DNA of 63,000 bases, the filler included, from Nitrospirae bacterium MYbin3 (GTDB lineage Bacteria; Nitrospirota; Thermodesulfovibrionia; Thermodesulfovibrionales; Dissulfurispiraceae), in assembly GCA_002753335.1 (NCBI GenBank). It is 3 parts of 3 records of this genome, joined end to end, with 100 filler letters (N's around TTAATTAATTAA, not from the genome) between each part and the next. Parts side by side here need not be neighbours in the genome. Positions count along the whole stretch, not along the records: positions 1 to 23,345 come from PEAD01000037.1; 2 more parts are not named here. One strand, 5' to 3'. Every line of letters begins with the position of its first letter. Position 1 is the stretch's first letter. Positions 10,170 to 19,556 of the stretch are shown here, in pieces. Under the pieces are notes generated by a model. The model saw nothing but the letters and a program-made list of their open reading frames with translations, was not told the DNA's origin and did not search any database. The position numbers and the translations under genes are program-made.

Positions 10170-12368
10170 GTGCTTAGCCGGTCTAAAAATTCTATTGCGT
10201 ATAAAATGACCTTTGCTGTGCTGGTCTTCAGTCTTGCTTTAACCGCTATTTCGGCCTTAATCCTGCTTGCCATGCACCATAACGAATCGATGGATAATAT
10301 TGAAAACGATCTTCTCCAGATGAGAGAATCGAACATCCCGGGCATTAGCGCAAGCCTCTGGGTAATGGATATGCAGCAGCTTCAGGTCCAGCTGAACTCA
10401 CTTCTGAACATTCCCCATGTTGTCCATGTGAAGATCGAGTCAAAAGGCAACATAGCGGCATCTGCCGGAACAGCAAGTCAGGGAAGGTCATTGCATCGGG
10501 CAATACCGCTGAATTACATATTCAATAATAAGACAATGCATTTGGGCACGCTGCATATACAAGTGGGCCTGACCGATATTTATAAAGACCTGTTCACAAG
10601 GACCTCGGTCAGATTGTTGTTTCAGATTGCTCAGATATTGCTCGTGTCCGGTTTTATACTTTATATTTTCGGTCTTATCGTGACAGACCGCCTGTCGGTG
10701 ATAGAGGACTACATGAAGGGGCTTGATACCGACAGACTGGGCATTCCGATAGACTTGCCTAAGCCGCGAATTTTCAGGAGCGAAGATGAACTGGATCATG
10801 TGGCGGATGTTATGACCACAATAGGGGCCAACCTAAAGAATGCCTTCCGTGAACTTGAGACAGAGAAAGAGCGCCTTGCTGTTACGCTCCGCTCCATAGG
10901 CGATGGGGTTATTGCCACAGACACCCAAGGCAAGGTGGTAATGATGAACAAGATTGCCGAAGACTTTACAGGCTGGCTCAATGAAGATGCGGCAGGGAAG
11001 CCTTTAACCGAAGTGTTTAATATAATCAACGAAACCACCCGTGAGCAATGCGATAACCCTGTGAACAGAGTGCTTGAGACCGGATTTATCGTAGGGCTCG
11101 CAAACCATACAGTGCTTATAAGTAAAAACGGTTCAGAGATCATAATTGCGGACAGCGCAGCCCCTATAAGAGACCGCGAGAGCATAATAATAGGTGTTGT
11201 GCTTGTATTCCGGGATATAACAGACCAGTACAAAATGGAAACAGAAATGCAGAAAATACAGAAGCTCGAATCGCTCGGTCTGCTTGCCGGAGGCATAGCG
11301 CATGACTTCAACAATCTTCTGACAGCGATAATGGGCAATGTCAGTCTTGCCCGGATGCAAATAGGCAATGAACATAAAGCCGCAGGAAGGCTCAGCGAAG
11401 CCGAAAAGGCGACTCAGCGTGCTACTGACCTTACACAGCAGCTGCTCACTTTTGCAAAAGGCGGAGCGCCGATCAAGAGCCTGACATGTATAGCTAATGT
11501 GGTCAAAGAGGCGGTCGGCTTCGCGCTGTCGGGGTCCAACGTAAAATGCAAATATATAATTCCGGAAGAATTGTGGGCTACCGAGATCGACAGAGGACAG
11601 ATGGTGCAGGTATTCAACAACCTTACCATTAATGCCATTCATGCCATGCCGGGCGGAGGCAGGATAGAAATACATTTTGAAAATGTAAGGCTCTCGTCTG
11701 ACCAACTGCCGGATCTGCGGCAGGGCAATTATGTGAAGATCTCCTTCAGGGACAACGGCACAGGCATTCCAGAAGGGCATCTGACCAAGATATTCGATCC
11801 CTACTTCACCACCAAAAGCCAGGGCAGCGGGCTAGGCCTTGCTGTCACATTCTCTATAATCAGCAAGCATGGCGGACATGTCACGGTTGATCCCGGACAT
11901 GGAGTCGGGGCCACATTTTTCATCTACCTGCCGGCAGCAATAAGCAGTGTCTGCGAGGAAGAAAACATTTCTGCTTCCATATTCACCGGCCACGGAAGAG
12001 TGCTTGTTATGGATGACGAAGCGATAGTAAGGGATGTTGTCGGACAGATGCTGGATTCTCTTGGATATGAGGTGGGGTTTGCGAAAGATGGGGCAGATGC
12101 TCTTGAAGAATATGCCAAAGCCAAAGATGAGCAGAGGCCTTACAGTATTGTGATAATGGATCTTACTATTCCTGGCGGTATGGGAGGAAAAGAAGCCGTA
12201 AAAAAACTCCTCGAGGCTGATCCCAATGCAATAGTGGTAGTATCAAGCGGTTATTCGACAGACCCGATAATGGCCGACTATAGGCAATACGGTTTTAAGG
12301 GCGTGATCACAAAGCCTTACAATGTGGATCAAATGAGCGGGGTTCTAGCAAAACTTGTCACATCTTAA
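10170..12368 (+). CDS. Membrane PAS hybrid histidine kinase (CckA-like HisKA-HATPase-REC)
   Basis: 2 TM, HAMP-like segment, PAS LRSIGDGVIATD, AGGIAHDFNNLL, FDPYFTTK, VMDDE..MDLTIPGG. Confidence 0.92.
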   Translation: MLSRSKNSIAYKMTFAVLVFSLALTAISALILLAMHHNESMDNIENDLLQMRESNIPGISASLWVMDMQQLQVQLNSLLNIPHVVHVKIESKGNIAASAGTASQGRSLHRAIPLNYIFNNKTMHLGTLHIQVGLTDIYKDLFTRTSVRLLFQIAQILLVSGFILYIFGLIVTDRLSVIEDYMKGLDTDRLGIPIDLPKPRIFRSEDELDHVADVMTTIGANLKNAFRELETEKERLAVTLRSIGDGVIATDTQGKVVMMNKIAEDFTGWLNEDAAGKPLTEVFNIINETTREQCDNPVNRVLETGFIVGLANHTVLISKNGSEIIIADSAAPIRDRESIIIGVVLVFRDITDQYKMETEMQKIQKLESLGLLAGGIAHDFNNLLTAIMGNVSLARMQIGNEHKAAGRLSEAEKATQRATDLTQQLLTFAKGGAPIKSLTCIANVVKEAVGFALSGSNVKCKYIIPEELWATEIDRGQMVQVFNNLTINAIHAMPGGGRIEIHFENVRLSSDQLPDLRQGNYVKISFRDNGTGIPEGHLTKIFDPYFTTKSQGSGLGLAVTFSIISKHGGHVTVDPGHGVGATFFIYLPAAISSVCEEENISASIFTGHGRVLVMDDEAIVRDVVGQMLDSLGYEVGFAKDGADALEEYAKAKDEQRPYSIVIMDLTIPGGMGGKEAVKKLLEADPNAIVVVSSGYSTDPIMADYRQYGFKGVITKPYNVDQMSGVLAKLVTS

Positions 12369-12393
12369 CTTTAAGCCGGCATAGAAGCAGACT

Positions 12394-14124
12394 CTATCCT
12401 TTTTTAAACATCTTTTTCAGTTCAGGCATTGTGATAATTATTTTTGTCGGCCTGCCGTGCGGGCATCTGTCTGGATATTCGGTTTCTGAAAGATTTTTTA
12501 GGATCTCGGCAACCCTGGTTTTGTCAGGCGCCTCTTTTTTCCCGCGTATGGAGCTGTGGCATGCAAGCCTTGCAGCTACAGCTTTTCCGGCTGAGCTTGC
12601 AGCCTCGATGACCAGACCGTCATTCTGCCATGAATCCTTGTTTAAAAGGGAGTCTGCTGCATCCGAGATCAGTGAATCGATGTCCGCATCGCTCAGGAAC
12701 TCGGGCAGGCTTCTTACGATGACGCTTCCTTTTCCAAAGTCTTCTACCTCAATTCCTAGCCGCTTCAAGAGGTCGAGATTTTCGATTATAACTTTGTAAG
12801 CCCCTGCTTCAAGCCCAGTCTGCCTCGGAAAAAGCAGATGGTGAGGCATCAGCCCGACCTGTTTCAAAAGCCGCTCGTAATTTATCCTCTCATGAGCAGC
12901 GTGATAATCTAAAAGCATAAGCCCCTCGGCGCAGCGCAGCGCGATAAAGGTATCGCCGAGGTAGATAGGCTCTATCTCGGATGCGAAATCCGAATATAAG
13001 GCGCCTTGAGGTTCGGCAACAGACCAAGCATCAGGCCGGAATATTTGAGCGTAGTCAATCGGTGATGAGCCGCCTCCCGAAAAATCATGGCAAGGTTTTG
13101 CGTATCCCTTTTCTTCAAAAGGAGGCGGTGAGGTCTTATGCCCGCTTTTTCTTAGCGCTTCGTTCACCGCCAGCTGAACAAAACTTACTATGCTGCTTTT
13201 GTCTGCAAATCTCACCTCACGCTTTGCAGGATGCACATTGAAGTCAACCTTTGCAGGACTTATATCGATAAATACAAAAAAGACGGGATGCTTATCCTTG
13301 GGCATAATGTTCTCATAGGCTTTGTAAACAGCATACGATACGGCCGCGTCTTTAACAGGACGCCTGTTTATAAAAACATACTGGTTGGTTTTGTTGTTTC
13401 TGAAATTAGATGGGCTGCCCGCAAACACTTTTGCAGAAATATCGCTCCCATGTCTGTCTGATTCGTTGAGTTCGTCAACAAACTCTTTGCCGAAGATCTG
13501 GACCAAGCGTTCCCGCAAAGATTTTGCAGAAGGCGCAAGCAGGGTTTCAGAGCCGTCGATCATCAATGTAAAAGATATTTCAAAATGAGAGATCGATTCC
13601 TGAGTTACGGCATTTACAATGTGGTAGGTTTCGGTGCTGTCGGTTTTTAGAAACTTGCGGCGCGCCGGAGTATTGTAGAAAATATCTTTTATTTCGATCG
13701 AGGTGCCTGTCATCGGACAGTCGCGAATATCTCGTATTTCTCCGCCTTCTATCTCTAAACATGTGCCTGTTTCACCCGCAAGGGCGGTTGACAGCTTTAC
13801 CTTTGCAACGGATGCTATGGATGAAAGGGCTTCTCCCCTGAATCCCATGGTCCGGATGTTGAAGAGGTCATCCTCATTTTTGATTTTGCTTGTTGCATAC
13901 CTTTCAAAAGCAAGCATGGCATCATCCCGCGACATGCCTGTCCCGTTGTCCGATATGCGTATGAGTCTCCTGCCCGCTTTTTCGATATCTACCTGAATGT
14001 TTGTGGCAAGGGCGTCTATAGAGTTTTCGAGCAGTTCCTTTACGACAGAGGCTGGCCTCTCCACCACCTCTCCGGCAGCTATCTTATTTCTCAGTAGTTC
14101 TGGAAGGACGCTAATAACCGACAT
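12394..14124 (-). CDS. mutL: DNA mismatch repair protein MutL
   Basis: NKIAAGEVVERPASVVKELLENSIDA, GFRGEAL, DYHAAHERI, CPHGRP. Confidence 0.97.
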   Translation of the reverse strand: MSVISVLPELLRNKIAAGEVVERPASVVKELLENSIDALATNIQVDIEKAGRRLIRISDNGTGMSRDDAMLAFERYATSKIKNEDDLFNIRTMGFRGEALSSIASVAKVKLSTALAGETGTCLEIEGGEIRDIRDCPMTGTSIEIKDIFYNTPARRKFLKTDSTETYHIVNAVTQESISHFEISFTLMIDGSETLLAPSAKSLRERLVQIFGKEFVDELNESDRHGSDISAKVFAGSPSNFRNNKTNQYVFINRRPVKDAAVSYAVYKAYENIMPKDKHPVFFVFIDISPAKVDFNVHPAKREVRFADKSSIVSFVQLAVNEALRKSGHKTSPPPFEEKGYAKPCHDFSGGGSSPIDYAQIFRPDAWSVAEPQGALYSDFASEIEPIYLGDTFIALRCAEGLMLLDYHAAHERINYERLLKQVGLMPHHLLFPRQTGLEAGAYKVIIENLDLLKRLGIEVEDFGKGSVIVRSLPEFLSDADIDSLISDAADSLLNKDSWQNDGLVIEAASSAGKAVAARLACHSSIRGKKEAPDKTRVAEILKNLSETEYPDRCPHGRPTKIIITMPELKKMFKKG

Positions 14125-14132
14125 GATTTTTG

Positions 14133-16310
14133 CTATCTTCTGCCCAGAAAATCTCTTGGTTTGCCTGCACCTTTATGAGGACCGACAAGGCCGTCTCTCT
14201 CGAACTCCTCCATGATATTTGCTGCCCTGTTGTAGCCTATCTTAAACCTGCGCTGAATTGAAGAGATCGAGATTTCTCCCACAGATCCGGCAAATTCAAC
14301 AGCCTTTTCATAAAGCTCGTCACGGCCTTCGGCATCGCCCTCTCCATCTCCGCCCTCGTTAAGGACTATACTCTGGAAGGCGGTGTATTCCGGCCTTCCC
14401 TGAGCTTTGACCACATTGACCACATCCTTGACTTCGGTCTCGCTCACATAAGCGCCGTGAATCCTGACTATTTTTACGCCCGGGATCATAAAGAGCATAT
14501 CGCCCATGCCTAAAAGCTTCTCAGCACCCTGTGAATCAAGGATAGTCCTTGAATCGATCCTTGAGGTAACCTGAAAAGATATGCGCGCAGGGAAATTCGC
14601 TTTTATCAATCCGGTAATAACATCAACCGAAGGCCTCTGGGTGGCGAGTATTAGATGTATTCCTGATGCCCTCGCCATCTGTGCAAGTCTTGCTATCGCT
14701 GTTTCTACATCGCTTGGCGCTGTGAACATCAGGTCAGCGAGCTCATCTATAATCACCACGATGAACGGAAGCCGTTCTCCCTCTTCGGCCAGCTTGTTGT
14801 AGGTTTCGATATTGCGAGTGCCCTTTTCTGCAAGCAGCTTGTAGCGCCGCTCCATCTCGAACACCACCTTTTTAAGAGCCTCTGAAGCCTCTTTGGGGCT
14901 GGTTATGACAGGTGAGATAAGGTGCGGTATGTCGGCGTAAGTGGAGAGCTCAAGCAGCTTGGGATCGATCATAAGCATTTTTACTTCATCGGGCGATGCC
15001 TTGTAAAGCAGGCTCATTATCATAGCGTTGACCGATACGCTTTTGCCAGAGCCTGTTGCGCCCGCAACCAAGAGGTGGGGCATTCTCGCAAGGTCGGTCA
15101 CCATAGGGTTGCCGAATATATCTTTGCCGAGAGCAAGGGTCAAAAGAGAAGAGCTTTTTCTGAAGCTGTCGGATGCGATTATCTCTTTGAACGAAACCGT
15201 GGCGCGCTGTTTGTTCGGCACTTCCAATCCTATTGCGGCCTTTCCGGATATCGGATAAACCCTTATGCTTGGGGCTCTCAGCGATAGCGCAAGGTCATCA
15301 GTTAATGATATGATTCTGCTTATCTTAACGCCTGCGGCAGGCTCAAATTCATACATCGTAACAACCGGGCCGGGATGCGCCTGCTTTATTTTGCCCTCAA
15401 CCTTAAAATCCAAAAGCTTCTTTTCAAGGCCTGAGGCTGCAGAATTCATCTCATCTCTCGAGGGCGGAGCTGTTCCCTCCCCATCATTCAATAAATTGAG
15501 CGATGGCAGAATGTAGCCTTCGGCCGCATCATCGGCTGTGCTTTCAACAGGCTCATTCTGTATTGCCAAAACCCTGCTGCGCTGCCTCTTCTTTGGTTCA
15601 CGAACAGGTTCAGGCTGCTCTTCCGCAAGGTCTTCAGGAACAATCAGCGGTTCAGGAGCAAAGATATGTTCAGGGATCAGCAACCCGTTTGTCGAAAGGT
15701 CCGAAGCCGGAACATTCGCCATAGTGGCGGATGGGTCATCAGGCTCGGGCTCGGAGATTTCTTTTGCTTTTTTGTTCATGAAGAAAGCTATCGGAGAAAC
15801 CGGGCTCACCATAAAAACAGAAACGATAAGCAGCGCGATGCTTACAATATAGGCGCCGATAACAGAAAGCAGGCTCTCAAGCAGCCGTGCTATTAAGACG
15901 CCTATGATGCCTCCTGCCTCATCTATTTTAAGATTAAGCGATTTGCAGAGCAGCTGCGCAAAAACCGCAGAGGCTGACAGAAAAACAAAGGCACCCGAAC
16001 ACTGCATAATATTTTTAGGCCGGTCCAGTATTCGTTTGATGCCATACGCCAGCATGAAAAAAGGAACTGTGTATCCTGCAAGTCCGATGAGAGACATTAT
16101 GATATCCGAAATATATGCGCCCACAATTCCGCCGTAGTTTCTAACCGGCGCGTTGGAAAAGGTGAAGAGCGCATTGTCCCATCTGCTGTAGCTGAAGACC
16201 GCCACACCTGCGTATATACTTCCGAGCACAGCAAGTATGCCTTTTAGCTCCTGAATGCGTTTTTCCCTGCTGTGGGGCGTCTGATTATCGTTTTCTCTTT
16301 CGCCGTTCAT
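14133..16310 (-). CDS. ftsK: DNA translocase FtsK
   Basis: N-terminal 4TM, PHLLVAGATGSGKS, IDELADLM, LATQRPSVDV, gamma domain QRRFKIGYNRAA. Confidence 0.97.
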   Translation of the reverse strand: MNGERENDNQTPHSREKRIQELKGILAVLGSIYAGVAVFSYSRWDNALFTFSNAPVRNYGGIVGAYISDIIMSLIGLAGYTVPFFMLAYGIKRILDRPKNIMQCSGAFVFLSASAVFAQLLCKSLNLKIDEAGGIIGVLIARLLESLLSVIGAYIVSIALLIVSVFMVSPVSPIAFFMNKKAKEISEPEPDDPSATMANVPASDLSTNGLLIPEHIFAPEPLIVPEDLAEEQPEPVREPKKRQRSRVLAIQNEPVESTADDAAEGYILPSLNLLNDGEGTAPPSRDEMNSAASGLEKKLLDFKVEGKIKQAHPGPVVTMYEFEPAAGVKISRIISLTDDLALSLRAPSIRVYPISGKAAIGLEVPNKQRATVSFKEIIASDSFRKSSSLLTLALGKDIFGNPMVTDLARMPHLLVAGATGSGKSVSVNAMIMSLLYKASPDEVKMLMIDPKLLELSTYADIPHLISPVITSPKEASEALKKVVFEMERRYKLLAEKGTRNIETYNKLAEEGERLPFIVVIIDELADLMFTAPSDVETAIARLAQMARASGIHLILATQRPSVDVITGLIKANFPARISFQVTSRIDSRTILDSQGAEKLLGMGDMLFMIPGVKIVRIHGAYVSETEVKDVVNVVKAQGRPEYTAFQSIVLNEGGDGEGDAEGRDELYEKAVEFAGSVGEISISSIQRRFKIGYNRAANIMEEFERDGLVGPHKGAGKPRDFLGRR

Positions 16311-16311
16311 C

Positions 16312-17088
16312 TTACTGCATCCTGAAATAGGCGGCCACTATGACCGCTGCGAGCGCGAACCTGTAGTAAACGAATACGTTGAGAGGATTTTTCCTGAGAT
16401 ATGCCAGCAAGAATTTAATCGCGAAAAAACCTGATACAAAAGCGGCCAGAAAACCGGCTGTGAACATATCCAGATTGTATGCCTCAGGGCTTTTTATCAG
16501 TTTCCTGCATTCCAGCAGGGTTGCGCCTGCAATCACCGGCGTTGAGAGCAGAAAAGAGAAACGCGCGGCAGACTCCCTTGAAAGCCCCCTGAAAAGCCCT
16601 GCTGTTATGGTGATGCCTGACCTCGATACTCCGGGTATTAGTGCTAAAGCTTGAGCGACTCCTATAAACATCGCATCCCTAAACGAGACCGATTCGCGAT
16701 TTTTGGCAGAATGTTTTTCAACAGCAAGCATCACCGCTCCGAAGCCGATCAACGTAGCTACCATGATAAGCGGGTTTCTGAGTTGATGCTCGATGAAGCT
16801 TTTGAAAAGGATCCCGACCGCTCCTGCAGGAACAATGGCAGCAAGAATATAGCAGAGCTTTTGGCGTTCTTTGGTCAAGAGTTCGAGCCAGTCTTTATAA
16901 AAGCATACGAGCAGGGCAAGCAGGGTGCCGCCATGCAAGGCCACATCAAAGGTGAGCGAATCGATCTCTCCGTGCCAGCCAAAAAACCATGGAAACAATA
17001 TAAGGTGTGCTGTGCTGCTTACCGGGAAGAATTCGGTCAGGCCCTGTACTATGCCGAGAATGATAGATCTTTGTATTTCCTGATCCAC
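16312..17088 (-). CDS. uppP: Undecaprenyl-diphosphatase
   Basis: GIVQGLTEFFPVSSTAH, PGVSRSGITI, AARFSFLL. Confidence 0.96.
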   Translation of the reverse strand: MDQEIQRSIILGIVQGLTEFFPVSSTAHLILFPWFFGWHGEIDSLTFDVALHGGTLLALLVCFYKDWLELLTKERQKLCYILAAIVPAGAVGILFKSFIEHQLRNPLIMVATLIGFGAVMLAVEKHSAKNRESVSFRDAMFIGVAQALALIPGVSRSGITITAGLFRGLSRESAARFSFLLSTPVIAGATLLECRKLIKSPEAYNLDMFTAGFLAAFVSGFFAIKFLLAYLRKNPLNVFVYYRFALAAVIVAAYFRMQ

Positions 17089-17093
17089 AGAAT

Positions 17094-18275
17094 TTACAGC
17101 GAGACTTTGCCTGCTTGAGCCAGCGCCCTGAGGTCCTGAGTGATCTGGCTAGAAAAGGGATTCAGCTCCCAAGCCTTTCTCATAGCATTTATGGCGCTTT
17201 CTTTCTCTCCGAGTTCTAGATAGGCCTTGCCCATATTGTAGTAGGCATTTGCATTGTCGCTGTTTATCTTCAAAATCTCTGAATACAGTATTATGGCGTC
17301 ATTCGGCCGGTTCAAGGCTCGATAGGCTTCGGCAAGGCTCATCATTATCGTTATGTCGGAAGAGTTCTTTTTATGAGCCTTTAATAGGGTTTCAAGGGCC
17401 TTCTCGTTTTCGTTTTTCCCTAAATACATCTCTCCCAAAAGGTGGAGCGATGCCGAGGCATCTTCCCGCAAATCAGATTGTGCGGTAGAGAGGACCGTTT
17501 CGGCCATCTCTACATCGCCTGTCTTCTTATAGAGCTTGCTGAGCGCGATAAGCCTTTCGCTGTTTGCAGGGCTGATGCTATGCGCTATCTTGTAATACTT
17601 CAACGCAGACTCTATGTCGCCTAGCGATTCGTATATAGAGCCGAGAGAGTTGTAGGCTTTTACATACATAGGTTTTATTTCGATAGCCTGTTTGAACGAG
17701 CTTATCGCCGCATTAACATCTCCTCTTGCGAGCGCCAGCTGGCCGAAGGAATAAGAAACTGTGGCGTTGTCGGGAGTAAGCCCCGAGGCTTTAGTGAGCT
17801 CTTCTTCGGCCTTATCAAACTTTTTTGCCTCCATGTTCTGTTTGAAATTTTTCATGAAAATGTCGTACATCGAAGGATTGAATTTCTTGCCGAGCATCTT
17901 GGCCATCTTATCTTCAAGCGTCGCCATGACAAAAGGCTTTACTATATAGTCGTTGGCAGCGCCTTCAGCAGCGCGGGCTATCATATCTTTTCGTGCCTCG
18001 GCCGTTATGAAGATGAAACTTAGCTTGTCGTATTTTTTGTTCTCTTTCAATGTATTGAAAAGCTCAACTCCGGTCATCTCGGGCATATTTATATCGCAGA
18101 TCGCAACGTCAATATCTTTGATCTTAAGAAATTCGAGCGCTTTTTTTCCGTTTTCTGCCAGAAATATATTTTTGAACCCCATTCTGGTGAGCATATTTTT
18201 TACGGTTTGGCGCATGGTGGCCTCATCGTCTATAATGAGGCAGTTAACGCCTAGATACTGTAGTGGCACACCCAT
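17094..18275 (-). CDS. Response regulator with TPR repeats
   Basis: IIDDE..CDINMPEMTG REC followed by about 7 TPR-like repeats. Confidence 0.88.
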   Translation of the reverse strand: MGVPLQYLGVNCLIIDDEATMRQTVKNMLTRMGFKNIFLAENGKKALEFLKIKDIDVAICDINMPEMTGVELFNTLKENKKYDKLSFIFITAEARKDMIARAAEGAANDYIVKPFVMATLEDKMAKMLGKKFNPSMYDIFMKNFKQNMEAKKFDKAEEELTKASGLTPDNATVSYSFGQLALARGDVNAAISSFKQAIEIKPMYVKAYNSLGSIYESLGDIESALKYYKIAHSISPANSERLIALSKLYKKTGDVEMAETVLSTAQSDLREDASASLHLLGEMYLGKNENEKALETLLKAHKKNSSDITIMMSLAEAYRALNRPNDAIILYSEILKINSDNANAYYNMGKAYLELGEKESAINAMRKAWELNPFSSQITQDLRALAQAGKVSL

Positions 18276-19520
18276 TTAGCTGTATTCTCCGGGAAGTTTT
18301 TCGGGCAGTGTAAGCTTAAATGTGGCGCCTCCGCCCGGCGTATCTTCGATCCATATCCTGCCGCCGTGCGCGGTTACAACGAGCTTGCAGAAGGTAAGAC
18401 CGAGGCCTGTGGTGGCCTTTCTCTGGCTGGTTTCGGAATGCACCTGAAAGAATTTTTCGAAGATCTTTTCTTTGAACTCGTCCTGAACCCCGGTGCCCTG
18501 GTCCGATATGCTTATTACGGATTCATGCTTGTCTGCATCGTAATGCAGAATTACATTCATGACCGCGCCTTCAGGCGAGTAGTCGATCGCGTTGAAAAGA
18601 AGATTTGCGAGCACCCTGCCGATAAGGCTTTCGTCAATGTAGCAGATGTGCGAAGCCCCTTCAATATTGAGCTGGATGTTCCTCTGGTTGAGGCTGTTCT
18701 TGCATGAAGAGGTCTCTCTGTTTATAAGGTCGTAAATGTCAACCTCGTCCCGGTAGATCTTCACTTTGCCGTCTTCCAGTTTAGAGACATCAAGTATGTT
18801 CATGACCATCCTCTGAAGCTTGTATATGTCGGAGGTCGCTATATTCAGGTATTCGAGCTGAAGCTCTGTGAGCTCTTCATAACTGAGCATGTCGAGGTTG
18901 GCCATTATTGTGCTTATCGGGCCTTTGAGGTCATGAACAATAAAGTTTACGAGGTCGGTCTTTAGCCCGTCCGCTTCCTGAAGCTGTCTGAACATCTCTT
19001 CGTTTTTCGCCAGCTTTGATTCAAGGAGCCCTTTGCCCTGAATCGCATATATATAAGGCGCTATATGCCGTGCAAGCTTGATTGCAGAAGCCTCCTGTTC
19101 CACCGACAGGGACACACCGTTGTTTGGATCGCTCAAAATGAGCACCCCAAGCCTTTTATCCAGAAAACTGAAGGGGATGTTTATCGAATAATGGCACTTG
19201 AATTTTGAGGCCTCAAGCGGCTGAAAATAAGAGAGCGTTTCGGGATTTGTTGTAAGCGGTGTGTTGTCAAGAAGCGCTCTTGTAGAAATGGTCACATCAG
19301 ACAGCTTGCGTTTGCTTCCTATAAGTTCGCGCTTTGTTGAAGCGACAACCTCAAGCGCCTGCTCCTCGCTATTTACCGCCATTACCGAACATCGTGCAAC
19401 TGAGAATGTTGCGGCAAGAAAATCCACCATCTCAAGCAGGTTGTCATTAAAAGAGTTCTCATGCCTGAGCAGCAGTTCCTCGATTATATACACGCTTATT
19501 TCTGTATGTTCATTTTGCAT
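18276..19520 (-). CDS. Cytoplasmic GAF-like sensor histidine kinase
   Basis: IVHDLKGP H-box, NLLFNAIDYS, DQGTGV, TGLGLTFC; N-terminal GAF-like region. Confidence 0.88.
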   Translation of the reverse strand: MQNEHTEISVYIIEELLLRHENSFNDNLLEMVDFLAATFSVARCSVMAVNSEEQALEVVASTKRELIGSKRKLSDVTISTRALLDNTPLTTNPETLSYFQPLEASKFKCHYSINIPFSFLDKRLGVLILSDPNNGVSLSVEQEASAIKLARHIAPYIYAIQGKGLLESKLAKNEEMFRQLQEADGLKTDLVNFIVHDLKGPISTIMANLDMLSYEELTELQLEYLNIATSDIYKLQRMVMNILDVSKLEDGKVKIYRDEVDIYDLINRETSSCKNSLNQRNIQLNIEGASHICYIDESLIGRVLANLLFNAIDYSPEGAVMNVILHYDADKHESVISISDQGTGVQDEFKEKIFEKFFQVHSETSQRKATTGLGLTFCKLVVTAHGGRIWIEDTPGGGATFKLTLPEKLPGEYS

Positions 19521-19556
19521 AGCTTTAATAGTATATCAAATAAAACCGCATTTTAT

